Source: Octopus sinensis (taxonomy: Eukaryota). From it: 64,000 nt of DNA. The translations under genes were made by a program, and so were the position numbers. The stretch covers positions 28,334,001 through 28,398,000 of the forward strand of contig NC_043015.1 in NCBI RefSeq assembly GCF_006345805.1. The letters run 5' to 3'. The notes under the pieces are model-generated. The model saw nothing but the letters and a program-made list of their open reading frames with translations, was not told the origin of the DNA and made no database searches. Shown here in pieces: positions 63,391 through 64,000 of the stretch. Within the stretch, counting starts at the first letter, position 1; each line of letters opens with the position of its first letter.

Positions 63391-63674
63391 AATCTGTATA
63401 ATGATCTAGTTGCCTAACCTTTTTTTAATGGTTTAGTTGGAGGAAGGAGGGCAGAACCCATGATTTTCCTTCTAAGGTCTTGGAGGTTGGTGTGTGGCAG
63501 AGATGATGTTTTCACCTGATGAAGACCTGGCCTAAATGCTTGCATTGAAGTGAACTTTATGAAGAGTCCCCAAGAGCCAGGTGGTTGGCATTAAACCAGG
63601 CAACACCATTTATTCCTGTAATGAAGGCACATTGGCAAATTCAGCTGAACGTTGCTTTAATCTACATTAAAGAT

Positions 63675-63965
63675 ACATTTCTTTACTACCCACAAGGGGC
63701 TAAACACAGAGGGGACAAACAAGGACAGACAAACGGATTAAGTCGATTACATCGACCCCAGTGGTTCGGGAAGGTCTATGGCTTAGTGGTTAGGGCATTT
63801 GGTTTACGACCATAGGGTTGTGAGTTCAATTCCTGGCGACGCATTGTGTCCTTGAGCAAGACACTTTATTTCACGTTGCCCCAGTCCACTCAGCTGGCAA
63901 AAATGAGTTGTAACTGTAATTCAAAGGATCAGCCTTGGCACACTCTGTGTCATGCTGAATCTCCC
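63675..63965. mobile_element. Truncated SINE-A (minus, 63675-63762) and SINE-E (plus, 63775-63965)
   Basis: Match other A and E copies. Confidence 0.75.
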
Positions 63966-64000
63966 CAATTTTTTGTTAAGCCTGGTACTTATTCTGTCAC

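Overview
AT-rich eukaryotic genomic DNA dominated by interspersed repeats and (TA)n/(TG)n/(CAT)n microsatellites. By my recall the repeat families fit a coleoid cephalopod, probably Octopus; this is inference. There is no intact gene-length ORF, rRNA, functional tRNA or CRISPR array. Content (family labels are mine): four tRNA-headed SINE families (A, B, D, E); many 5'-truncated RTE LINE 3' ends (family C) with a variable 62-bp tandem array; fragments of a second RTE family and of CR1-type LINEs; Penelope-like remnants, one with a minimal hammerhead fold; piggyBac-, hAT-, pogo-type and unclassified MITEs; a non-autonomous Helitron; a pogo transposase fossil; and a 2-kb (TA)n field. Most listed ORFs are artefacts of repeats or microsatellites. 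Best leads: SINE-A multimers inserted as single units with a TSD, a composite telomere-repeat MITE, several long hairpins, and a possible spliced minus-strand gene (terminal exon 25072-25184 plus a 12-nt microexon). All exon calls are hand-built and unverified. Repeat boundaries are approximate unless a TSD or TIR is quoted.
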